Positions 1 through 8,307 of a DNA stretch of 64,000 nt are shown here, piece by piece. The position numbers were made by a program, and so were the translations under genes. The stretch's first letter is position 1, and every line of letters begins with the position of its first letter. The DNA is from Ferruginibacter sp. (GTDB lineage: Bacteria; Bacteroidota; Bacteroidia; Chitinophagales; Chitinophagaceae): NCBI GenBank assembly GCA_031430735.1, contig JANPCB010000121.1, positions 4,869 through 68,868 of the forward strand, given 5' to 3'. The notes beneath the pieces were generated by a model. That model did no database searches and was not told where the DNA came from. It saw nothing but the letters and a program-made list of their open reading frames with translations.

Positions 1-1
1 A

Positions 2-2170
2 TTTGATGCAGGCGTAGGAAGTGTGATGCTCGCTCATTTGTATATTCCCGCTATTGATAATACTGCCAATAGGGCAACATCGCTCTCGCCAGCCAACATT
101 AATGATTTAATGCGTAACCAATTAAATTATAATGGACTCACTTTTACTGATGCGTTGGAAATGCAAGGTGTAAAAAAATTCTTTCCAGATGGAGCAGCTT
201 CTGTGCAATCGCTTATTGCTGGTAATGATATGCTTTGCTTGCCCGAAGATGTACCAAGCGCTATCAAAAAAATAAAAGCCGCTATTAAAAAGAAGCTCTT
301 GAGCTGGGATGATATAGAACTTCATTGCAAAAAAGTTTTATTAGCAAAATTCGCTTATGGTTTAAATAACCTAAAACCAATAGATACAGATAACCTTACT
401 ACCGATTTGAATAAAGGTATAGCAGAAATGAGAAGATTGGTAGCAGAAAATGCCATTACACTTGTTGCAAAAAATGATACTGCTTTTTTTCCATTGAGGG
501 ATACAAAGCCTGGTGATATTGCATTTGTTGGATTTGGGATAACAACAGAAAATGAACTTGCAAAGAGACTGAAATCAGATTTTAATGCAACTATTTTTTA
601 TTCGAATGACAGCGAATTGTTAAAAAAATTGGTCAATTTTAAAAAAGTAATTATAGGCATTCACAATGTAGGAAGATATGCTGCCAGTAATTTTGGATTT
701 ACAAAAGCCAACATTGATTTACTGAATTCGATACAACAAAACAAAAACAGTGTTTCCTTTTTATTTGGAAATGCTTATGCCTTAAAAAATATGTGCAATG
801 CGCCAAACATGGTCTTGTGCTATGAAGATGATGAAATAGTACAAGGGGTTGCAGCAGATCTTTTGCAAGGCAAAATATTTTATAAAGGAGTATTACCTGT
901 TACAGTTTGCGAAAATTTAAAATATGGATTTGGTATTTCTACTGCAGCCACCACTCCCATTTTTGAAAATTGGAGTACTTTATACAATCCAGCCTCTTTT
1001 TTAAAAATAGACTCTGTGGTATATGATGGCATTACACAAAAGGCTATGCCGGGATGTGTAATTTTGGTATTAAAAGATGGTAAGATTGCATACGAAAAAG
1101 CATATGGTAATTTTATGTATGATAATAATTCGCCTGTAACTTTAGCTTCGGTATACGATATGGCATCGGTTACCAAAATATGCGCCACTACACTAGGAGT
1201 AATGAAACTTTTTGAAGAAGGGAAACTAGATTTAAAAAAAAAGTTAAGCGACTATTTGCCTGAAACAATAGGAACGAATAAGCAACATATTACGATAGAA
1301 AACTTGTTACTTCATCAAGCAGGGTTGGTATCGTTCATACCTTTTTATAAAGAAACAATTGACTCTTTTGGCAAACCGCTAAAATCAATTTATTCAAATG
1401 CCCCAGATTCTATTTTCAATATAAAAGTTGCAAATAATCTTTACATGAAAAACGCATGGAGAGATACTATATACAAAAGAATTTTGGTGAGCCCGTTGGG
1501 GCCGACTGGAAATTATATTTACAGTGACAATGATTTTATTTTTCTAGCAAAAGTTGTAGAAAAAATTTCGGGACAAACTTTAGATAATTATGTTTTAGAA
1601 AACTTTTATGCTCCCATGCAATTGTACTCTGTAGGCTTTGATCCATTACTTAGAAACAGCCTTAAAAATATTGCTCCTACAGAAAGTGAGAAAGTTTTTA
1701 GAAATCAAATCATACGAAGCTATGTACACGATCCAGGTGCTGCCATGATGGGAGGAGTGTCTGGGCATGCTGGGCTTTTTGGCAATGCACATGATATGGC
1801 AGCTATAATGCAGATGCTTTTAAATGGTGGCTCATTTAAAATGCACCAATATTTAAAAAAAGAAACTGTTGATCTATTCACCTCATACCAATCCAAAAAT
1901 AGTAGGCGTGGTTTTGGTTTTGACAAACCTGAAAAAGACAATGCTACTCGTAAAGACCCATACCCTGCTTTACTAGCCTCACCGCTCACTTTTGGACATA
2001 CTGGTTTTACTGGTACTTGCGTTTGGGCAGACCCTGCAACAAAAATTGTTTTTATATTTTTAAGCAATAGGGTATTTCCCGATGTAAGCACTTTGTTGCT
2101 AAAAATGAATATAAGAATTAAAGTTTTTGATATTCTTTATGAAATTTTTTCATCAAAATCTGCGATATAA
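2..2170 (+). CDS. Glycoside hydrolase family 3 (NagZ-like) domain fused to a beta-lactamase-fold serine hydrolase; 5' end outside window
   Basis: The frame is open from nt 2 (FDAGVGSVMLAHL...), and the listed start at 23 is an internal GTG. A GH3-type segment GLTFTDALEMQGV lies near the N-terminus. The C-terminal half has the SxxK motif (ASVTKICATT) and GHTGFTG typical of class-C beta-lactamase/PBP-fold esterases. Confidence 0.8.
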   Translation, partial: FDAGVGSVMLAHLYIPAIDNTANRATSLSPANINDLMRNQLNYNGLTFTDALEMQGVKKFFPDGAASVQSLIAGNDMLCLPEDVPSAIKKIKAAIKKKLLSWDDIELHCKKVLLAKFAYGLNNLKPIDTDNLTTDLNKGIAEMRRLVAENAITLVAKNDTAFFPLRDTKPGDIAFVGFGITTENELAKRLKSDFNATIFYSNDSELLKKLVNFKKVIIGIHNVGRYAASNFGFTKANIDLLNSIQQNKNSVSFLFGNAYALKNMCNAPNMVLCYEDDEIVQGVAADLLQGKIFYKGVLPVTVCENLKYGFGISTAATTPIFENWSTLYNPASFLKIDSVVYDGITQKAMPGCVILVLKDGKIAYEKAYGNFMYDNNSPVTLASVYDMASVTKICATTLGVMKLFEEGKLDLKKKLSDYLPETIGTNKQHITIENLLLHQAGLVSFIPFYKETIDSFGKPLKSIYSNAPDSIFNIKVANNLYMKNAWRDTIYKRILVSPLGPTGNYIYSDNDFIFLAKVVEKISGQTLDNYVLENFYAPMQLYSVGFDPLLRNSLKNIAPTESEKVFRNQIIRSYVHDPGAAMMGGVSGHAGLFGNAHDMAAIMQMLLNGGSFKMHQYLKKETVDLFTSYQSKNSRRGFGFDKPEKDNATRKDPYPALLASPLTFGHTGFTGTCVWADPATKIVFIFLSNRVFPDVSTLLLKMNIRIKVFDILYEIFSSKSAI

Positions 2171-2228
2171 GTTTGAAACAATTACTGTTTTTGTAACTTG
2201 CGTATGATTTTACTTCACAATTTGAAAA

Positions 2229-2702
2229 ATGAGACATTTCTTAGAAGCCTGTTTATTAATGACATCTATATTACTTTTACAATCTTGTAGAGATGATTAT
2301 AACATTTGCAACCTACCAAGAGATGTGAAATTCACCGCAGGTTTTTATAAAAAAACAGGGGCTACTGAGATTGCTATATCGGCACCAAATTTAAATATTT
2401 ACACATTAAATAGCTCCACCTTTATATATCAGAATCAAAACAATGTAAGTGCTTTTTTACTTCCATTAAATCCAGTTGTAGATACTTCAAAATTTTTAAT
2501 TCGGGTAGAAAATACGCTTCAAGCAGATACCATGTCCATCATTTATACATCAAGACAAGTATTACTTTCGCCAGAATGTGGGAATGTTACTTACTACAGT
2601 CTTTTAAAAATATTAACTACTACAAATACAATTGACTCGGTTAAAATTACAAATTCCGAAGTTCTTACAGGCTCAAATTCAAATGCTAGGATTTATTTTT
2701 AG
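2229..2702 (+). CDS. Hypothetical lipoprotein
   Basis: N-terminal signal peptide ends in a lipobox-like LLLQSC. I recognise no catalytic motif. Confidence 0.55.
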   Translation: MRHFLEACLLMTSILLLQSCRDDYNICNLPRDVKFTAGFYKKTGATEIAISAPNLNIYTLNSSTFIYQNQNNVSAFLLPLNPVVDTSKFLIRVENTLQADTMSIIYTSRQVLLSPECGNVTYYSLLKILTTTNTIDSVKITNSEVLTGSNSNARIYF

Positions 2703-2799
2703 CCTATTGTATGAATGAAATTTATTTTCATTACCTATTATTGGCTTACTCGATTTTAATAGGATCCAAATATCATCTCTGGTTCTATGGTTGCCCAAA

Positions 2800-2837
2800 T
2801 CTAAAGTCTACGATTACAAAATCTGCGTAGATTTAGA
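2800..2837 (+). promoter_or_regulatory. 12-bp bulged hairpin upstream of dxs
   Basis: tctaaa(g)tctacg at 2800-2812 pairs with cgtagatttaga at 2826-2837, with a 13-nt loop. No T-run follows, and it sits where a -33 element for the 2860 box would be. Confidence 0.4.
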
Positions 2838-2859
2838 AATTAAATAACTATTTTAGGTT

Positions 2860-2867
2860 TATTTTTG
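2860..2867 (+). promoter_or_regulatory. Candidate Bacteroidota -7 promoter box for dxs
   Basis: tatttttg matches TAnnTTTG, 20 nt upstream of the dxs ATG at 2888. Confidence 0.45.
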
Positions 2868-2887
2868 CATAATATCAAGATAAGACA

Positions 2888-4828
2888 ATGGAAATTACCC
2901 CAGGACACCTTTTACAACAAATAAACAGCCCTGCCGATTTAAAAAAATTGAGCAAGGATCAAATGCAGCAAGTTTCCGATGAATTGCGTAGGTATATTAT
3001 TGATGTGGTGAGTGTTTACGGAGGTCATTTTGCGGCAAGCCTTGGTGTTGTAGAGTTATCAGTAGCATTGCATTATGTATTAAATACGCCTTACGACCAA
3101 TTGGTATGGGATGTAGGGCACCAATCTTACGGTCATAAAATTCTTACTGGTCGTAGAGATAATTTTCCAACCAATAGAAAACTAAATGGCTTAAGTGGCT
3201 TTCCTAAACGCAGCGAAAGTGAATACGATACTTTTGGTGTAGGTCACTCATCTACCTCTATTTCTGCTGCTTTAGGAATGGCCATGGCTAGTCAATATAA
3301 AGGCGAAGTCGACAGACAACATGTAGCTGTAATTGGAGATGGCGCTATGACGGCTGGTATTTCTTTTGAAGCTATGAACCATGCAGGAATTGAAAAAAGC
3401 AATGTATTGATCATTTTGAATGACAATTGCATGAGTATTGACCCAAATGTGGGTGCATTAAAAGAATACTTGACTGATATTACCACATCGCACACCTACA
3501 ATAAAGTAAAGGATGACGTTTGGAATTTATTGGGCAAGTTACCAATTGGAAAAAACTTTACTCGATCTATGGCTACTAAACTTACGGAGGGCCTTAAAGG
3601 TATGGTAAGTAGTAGCAGCAATCTTTTTGAAGCATTAAATCTTCGATATTTTGGCCCAATAGACGGGCACAATGTAGCCAAGCTAATAGAAACCTTACAA
3701 GACCTAAAAGATATACCCGGACCAAAGTTATTGCATATAAAAACCGTAAAAGGAAAGGGCTATGAGTTGGCTGAAAAAGATCAAACAAAATGGCATGCAC
3801 CCGGACTATTTGATAAGGTAACAGGAGAAATTGCTAAAAAAGTTTTTGAAGTAAAACAGCCTCCAAAATACCAAGATGTTTTTGGGCATACTATTATAGA
3901 ACTGGCCGAAAAGAATGACAAAATAATGGGCGTTACACCTGCAATGCCAAGTGGATGCTCCCTTAAATTTATGATGGAAGCTATGCCGCACAGGGCTTTT
4001 GATGTGGGTATTTGCGAGCAACATGCCGTTACACTCAGTGCAGGCATGGCTACACAAGGATTACGGGTATTTTGCAATATCTATTCCTCATTTATGCAAC
4101 GTGCATATGACATGGTTATACACGATGTTGCTATTCAAAAGTTGCCTGTTATTTTCTGTTTGGACCGTGCAGGATTGGTTGGTGAAGACGGACCTACACA
4201 TCATGGCTGTTATGATATAGCCTACATGCGTTGTGTACCACATATGATAGTAAGCGCTCCAATGAATGAAGGCGAGTTACGGGATTTAATGTATACTGCA
4301 CAGCTAGAAAAAAATCAATTACCCTTCTCTATTCGTTATCCACGTGGTGAAGGCACCATGCCAGAATGGAAAACAGAAATGAAGGAGATAAAAATAGGAA
4401 CAGGTAGAAAACTATCCGCAGGATCCCCAGGAAAAGATGGGGAAGAAATTGCCATACTCAGTTTTGGGCATCCTGGTAATTTTGCTGCAGAAGCAATACG
4501 TGATGTAAAAAAAGAAGGTATAAACCCTGCTCATTATGATATGCGCTTTGCAAAGCCACTTGATGAAGAAATGTTGCATGAAGTATTTGCAAATTTTAAT
4601 AAAATTGTAACGGTAGAAGATGGAACAGTGGTGGGTGGTTTTGGGTCTGCTATTTTAGAATTTATGAACGAACATGGTTACAAAGCAGATGTAAAAATAA
4701 TGGGTATTCCAGATAGATTGGTTGAGCATGGTACGCCTAAGCAATTATATGATGAGATAGGAATAGATGCAAATGGTATAGCTAATATGCTGAAAAGTTT
4801 TGTAGAGCGAAGCGTGCCGATAAAATAA
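2888..4828 (+). CDS. dxs: 1-deoxy-D-xylulose-5-phosphate synthase
   Basis: 646 aa. Carries GGHFAASLGVVELSVALHYV, WDVGHQSYGHKILTGRR, the ThDP-binding GDGAMTAG and FDVGICEQHAVT. The length is typical for Dxs. Confidence 0.95.
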   Translation: MEITPGHLLQQINSPADLKKLSKDQMQQVSDELRRYIIDVVSVYGGHFAASLGVVELSVALHYVLNTPYDQLVWDVGHQSYGHKILTGRRDNFPTNRKLNGLSGFPKRSESEYDTFGVGHSSTSISAALGMAMASQYKGEVDRQHVAVIGDGAMTAGISFEAMNHAGIEKSNVLIILNDNCMSIDPNVGALKEYLTDITTSHTYNKVKDDVWNLLGKLPIGKNFTRSMATKLTEGLKGMVSSSSNLFEALNLRYFGPIDGHNVAKLIETLQDLKDIPGPKLLHIKTVKGKGYELAEKDQTKWHAPGLFDKVTGEIAKKVFEVKQPPKYQDVFGHTIIELAEKNDKIMGVTPAMPSGCSLKFMMEAMPHRAFDVGICEQHAVTLSAGMATQGLRVFCNIYSSFMQRAYDMVIHDVAIQKLPVIFCLDRAGLVGEDGPTHHGCYDIAYMRCVPHMIVSAPMNEGELRDLMYTAQLEKNQLPFSIRYPRGEGTMPEWKTEMKEIKIGTGRKLSAGSPGKDGEEIAILSFGHPGNFAAEAIRDVKKEGINPAHYDMRFAKPLDEEMLHEVFANFNKIVTVEDGTVVGGFGSAILEFMNEHGYKADVKIMGIPDRLVEHGTPKQLYDEIGIDANGIANMLKSFVERSVPIK

Positions 4829-4854
4829 GACATTTAACCAGTTCAAATAATTTT

Positions 4855-4890
4855 AATCCTGTAAACAAGCTCGTTTGCAGGATTTTTTTT
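4855..4890 (+). terminator. Rho-independent terminator of dxs
   Basis: aatcctgtaaac / gtttgcaggatt form a 12-bp stem (one G-U) with a 6-nt loop, followed by T8. Confidence 0.85.
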
Positions 4891-5099
4891 AATACAATAA
4901 TTCAATATACAAATAAGATTGTAAATGTTTTTTACTTTTCTACACGAATTAAATTTTTCTTATTTAACAAAAGACTAACTGCCATTTATTTACTTTCCTA
5001 CGTTTTTGCACAATAATTGTTGCATTTAAGTGTTATACAAATACCCTATTTTTTTTCTACCAGACTACTGTTGTTTTTTATCATTAAAATAAATTATTT

Positions 5100-5615
5100 A
5101 TGAAAGCACAAAACCAGTTTTCGGCATCTTTTGAATCTATTCAACAATTAACCAATAACGCTACATCTTGGTTAGGACATAGAAAAGGCGATGCAAAAGA
5201 AATCGTTATGGGTCAAACATTTATGGCCGCAAGTGAAGGCGATTTAGACACAATTGAAGTATTTTCGAACATTGTTACAAACCCCGGAGAAGTAGCCATG
5301 ACTTTGCATTCTTTTGATCCTTTGCACCAAAGTTGGGGGCCATCATTGGCAACCTCCAATGTAACATTCAATGAAAGTTGCAACGGCAAATGGGTGTCAT
5401 TTAAAATACCAAACCTTCATTTAAACAAAGGAATGTCTTATGGCTTTAGGCTAGAAAGTCATGATACGTATATAGGCGTAGGCGAAGCAGCTGGAAGTGC
5501 TAGCCATCCCCCATTTGCTTTTGGCAAAAAATGGAAATTTTCAGGCAATGAAAGCAAAGGAGATTCCTTTTCGTATTTCAGCTTGGCTTTTAAAGTAGGT
5601 CTAAAAGCAGCATAG
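5100..5615 (+). CDS. Hypothetical protein (171 aa, no signal peptide)
   Basis: Clean ORF with its own AT-rich upstream region and a downstream terminator. I recognise no motif. Confidence 0.5.
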   Translation: MKAQNQFSASFESIQQLTNNATSWLGHRKGDAKEIVMGQTFMAASEGDLDTIEVFSNIVTNPGEVAMTLHSFDPLHQSWGPSLATSNVTFNESCNGKWVSFKIPNLHLNKGMSYGFRLESHDTYIGVGEAAGSASHPPFAFGKKWKFSGNESKGDSFSYFSLAFKVGLKAA

Positions 5616-5673
5616 TTTCGATTTTCATTGGTCTATAACGACTCAAAATAAATTTTAGAACGAAGTCCCTATT

Positions 5674-5715
5674 GAAAAAAACCATTACAAATTGATTTTT
5701 GTAGTGGCTTTTTTT
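5674..5715. terminator. Bidirectional terminator between convergent genes
   Basis: A7, then ccattacaaa / tttgtagtgg (10-bp stem with one G-U, 6-nt loop), then T7. It lies between ORF 5100-5615 (+) and 5749-5982 (-). Confidence 0.7.
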
Positions 5716-5748
5716 ATTCATACTGTTTAGGCTTATAAACCAAAATTA

Positions 5749-5982
5749 TTAGGCCAAAACATTGTCGATATTAATAGCAAGTTTTCTATCTTTCTCTGTA
5801 ACAGTATTACCAGCATCGTGCGTACTAAGCCAAATTTCTACAGAATTATAGGTGTTTGTCCATGTTGGATGATGATTTGCTTTTTCAGCTAACAAGGCTA
5901 CACTTGTCATAAAAGAAAAGGCGTCAATGAAATTTTTGAATGCAAATTTTTTATACAATTTGTTGTTTTCTTCCTCCCACAT
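5749..5982 (-). CDS. 4a-hydroxytetrahydrobiopterin (pterin-4-alpha-carbinolamine) dehydratase
   Basis: 77 aa. The core ANHHPTWTNTYNSVEIWLSTHDAG is characteristic of the PCD/DCoH family. Confidence 0.85.
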   Translation of the reverse strand: MWEEENNKLYKKFAFKNFIDAFSFMTSVALLAEKANHHPTWTNTYNSVEIWLSTHDAGNTVTEKDRKLAINIDNVLA

Positions 5983-5992
5983 AATAATTTAT

Positions 5993-6427
5993 TTAAAATA
6001 TTAAAAACTGTTTATTTTTTATTTTCTCATTGGTCATTTCTGTAACCAATTGTACAGAGGGTAATGTTTTTAAGGATTGTAGCAAGCTTTGCACTTCATT
6101 TCTTTCCATTTTTTCTCCTTTGGCTAGCCAAAGAAAATCTAAATGTTTAAACTCAGGCAAAAGGTATTCCCCATCATCTTCATTGTTGTATAAATAATGG
6201 GCCATACTAGACCCTGGAACAAGATACTCATAAATAGAGAAAAAATAATTTCGTTCTTTTTTTCTTAATTGAATTTCTAAGCCATGGTTTATTTTGAACT
6301 GATAGCCAAGCGCTTGATTGATATGCCATGTAAATAAGTAATCCTTCATGGGCGCCACAATACCCAATAGGCAAGTGCTATCAAAGAAATCATCAATAAG
6401 GCTTTCGGTATCTATTTTTAATTTCAT
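5993..6427 (-). CDS. Conserved Bacteroidota hypothetical protein (IPExxxVDY-family-like)
   Basis: The segment LLPEFKHLDFLWL resembles the family's name motif. I take ATG 6427 (MKLKIDTE) as the start rather than the GTG at 6445. Confidence 0.5.
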   Translation of the reverse strand: MKLKIDTESLIDDFFDSTCLLGIVAPMKDYLFTWHINQALGYQFKINHGLEIQLRKKERNYFFSIYEYLVPGSSMAHYLYNNEDDGEYLLPEFKHLDFLWLAKGEKMERNEVQSLLQSLKTLPSVQLVTEMTNEKIKNKQFLIF

Positions 6428-6570
6428 GCTTATACAATTTACCACAAACGCACAAAGTTTTAAAAATATTAGATTCTATTCTTTTTAATAGTCTTAAAAC
6501 GATAATTACCTCAATAATCCTCTTACAATTGGCAAAAACCTGTCTGAAGGTAAAAAGGGTACAAAGGGCT

Positions 6571-8184
6571 TTAAAAAGTTAATTTCAATACCAACTCTTC
6601 TTTACCCCTCATCAATTTCAGCTCAGTCGTTTGCCCTTTCTCAAATTTATTTAAAACACCCATATAACTTTGTACATCACTAAACTTATGCTCGCCTAGT
6701 TGCATCAAAACATCGCCAGCAATTACACCCGCCTTTTGTGCAGGCTTGTTTTCAGATACGCCATCTACCCTTACACCATTACCGGAAAATGTATAATCGG
6801 GCATTATACCTACACTTACTTTAAAGCTGCTCTTGCCCATAGACACTTCCCTCGTTTTAGTAAAAGCCAGCTTATCCAATTTATCTGTTTGTGCAATAAT
6901 ATTTTGCATATATTTTAATATCTGCAACTCGCCTTTATAGTTTATTTTATCTGCATCATCACTTGGTTTGTGATAATCTTTGTGGCTACCAGTAAAGAAA
7001 AACAAAACTGGAATATCCTTTTTGTAAAATGATGTATGATCGCTTGGGCCACTACCACTGCTATCAAAATTCAACTTAAAATAAGCGTCTTCTTTTTTTA
7101 TGATTGAACCCCAGGTAGGAGAAGTACCATAACCGCCAATCGTAATGCCATGCGTACTATCGTTTAACCTACCCACCATATCCATATTTATCATATAATT
7201 AATGGTTTTCAAATCAAGCCCCGCATGGTCTGCAAAATACTTAGAACCAAATAAACCCAGCTCTTCTCCCGAAAAAGAAACCAATAAATAATTGTACTTT
7301 TTGTAAGAAGAATTTTTAAGCCATTTACCCATTTCTATCAATGCAGCTGTGCCGCTTGCATTATCATCTGCACCATTGTGTATCATTGGTGTAGCTCCTG
7401 CATACAAAGAGTTATGGTCTTCACCATATCCTAAATGATCGTAATGAGCGCCTAGGATAATGGTGTTTTTAGCATTGTTATTTATGTAACCGATTACGTT
7501 GTGCCCTTGTTTTATTTTGCTATCAATATTTATGGTAAGTGTTGCATAAATTAAACCATCATCAAATTTTTCTTTTAATTGGTTTTTTACAAATATTGCC
7601 GCAATGGGTAAAGGCATTGTTTTATCTTTTGCATCAAAACTTAGATCATCTTTTATATTGCTGCTATTTCTAAAAATAACCAACTTTCTATTCTTTGATG
7701 CATGATCAGTGCATACACTAATCAGTTTATCTTTTAAATCGAAGTGTGGATTATTTTCATTTTCTTTTAAGAGGGCTCCTATGTCAATGAATGCAATTTC
7801 TTTTTCAATATTCATAAGTTTTGTTTCTGCTAAGTTGCCAGAAAATGATAATGGAAAAAAATGTTCATTTGGAGTGTACGCTATGTCGCCTATTATTAAT
7901 TTACTTTTTTGTTCAAATTCTCTTCCTTCATTTACATCAAAAGCTTGAATATAAGTTTTGTCGGCGGTAATAGCTTGCAGACCTATTTTTTTAAACTCTT
8001 TTTGTATAAACTCATACGCCAATTTTTCCCCAGCGCTACCTGTCCTGCGGCCTTCCAATTTATCATCTGCTAAAAAATTAATGGTAGTTTGTAAACTTTG
8101 TATTACTTTTTTATCGCCTTTATCAAGTTTCTGTGCCGATATTGTTTGTGCTACAAAAATTAATCCTAGTAAAATATATTTCAT
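6571..8184 (-). CDS. M28 family zinc aminopeptidase with C-terminal PDZ domain
   Basis: Signal peptide MKYILLGLIFVAQTISAQ. M28 motifs AHYDHLGYG, NGADDNASGTAALIE and SGEELGLFGS are present. The C-terminus has a PDZ-like KAGVIAGDVLMQLG. Start taken at ATG 8184. Confidence 0.85.
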   Translation of the reverse strand: MKYILLGLIFVAQTISAQKLDKGDKKVIQSLQTTINFLADDKLEGRRTGSAGEKLAYEFIQKEFKKIGLQAITADKTYIQAFDVNEGREFEQKSKLIIGDIAYTPNEHFFPLSFSGNLAETKLMNIEKEIAFIDIGALLKENENNPHFDLKDKLISVCTDHASKNRKLVIFRNSSNIKDDLSFDAKDKTMPLPIAAIFVKNQLKEKFDDGLIYATLTINIDSKIKQGHNVIGYINNNAKNTIILGAHYDHLGYGEDHNSLYAGATPMIHNGADDNASGTAALIEMGKWLKNSSYKKYNYLLVSFSGEELGLFGSKYFADHAGLDLKTINYMINMDMVGRLNDSTHGITIGGYGTSPTWGSIIKKEDAYFKLNFDSSGSGPSDHTSFYKKDIPVLFFFTGSHKDYHKPSDDADKINYKGELQILKYMQNIIAQTDKLDKLAFTKTREVSMGKSSFKVSVGIMPDYTFSGNGVRVDGVSENKPAQKAGVIAGDVLMQLGEHKFSDVQSYMGVLNKFEKGQTTELKLMRGKEELVLKLTF

Positions 8185-8278
8185 TTCTTTTCTTTTAGCA
8201 AAGATAACGCCTTCAAAGCTTCTCGGCAATACCAAGGCACAATTCTCTAAATCGTAACCTGTACAAAAATCTAAACCT

Positions 8279-8286
8279 TACTTTTG
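8279..8286 (+). promoter_or_regulatory. Candidate -7 promoter box for feoB
   Basis: tacttttg matches TAnnTTTG, 21 nt upstream of the feoB TTG start. Confidence 0.4.
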
Positions 8287-8307
8287 CAATGCACTTAAAA
8301 ATATCTG

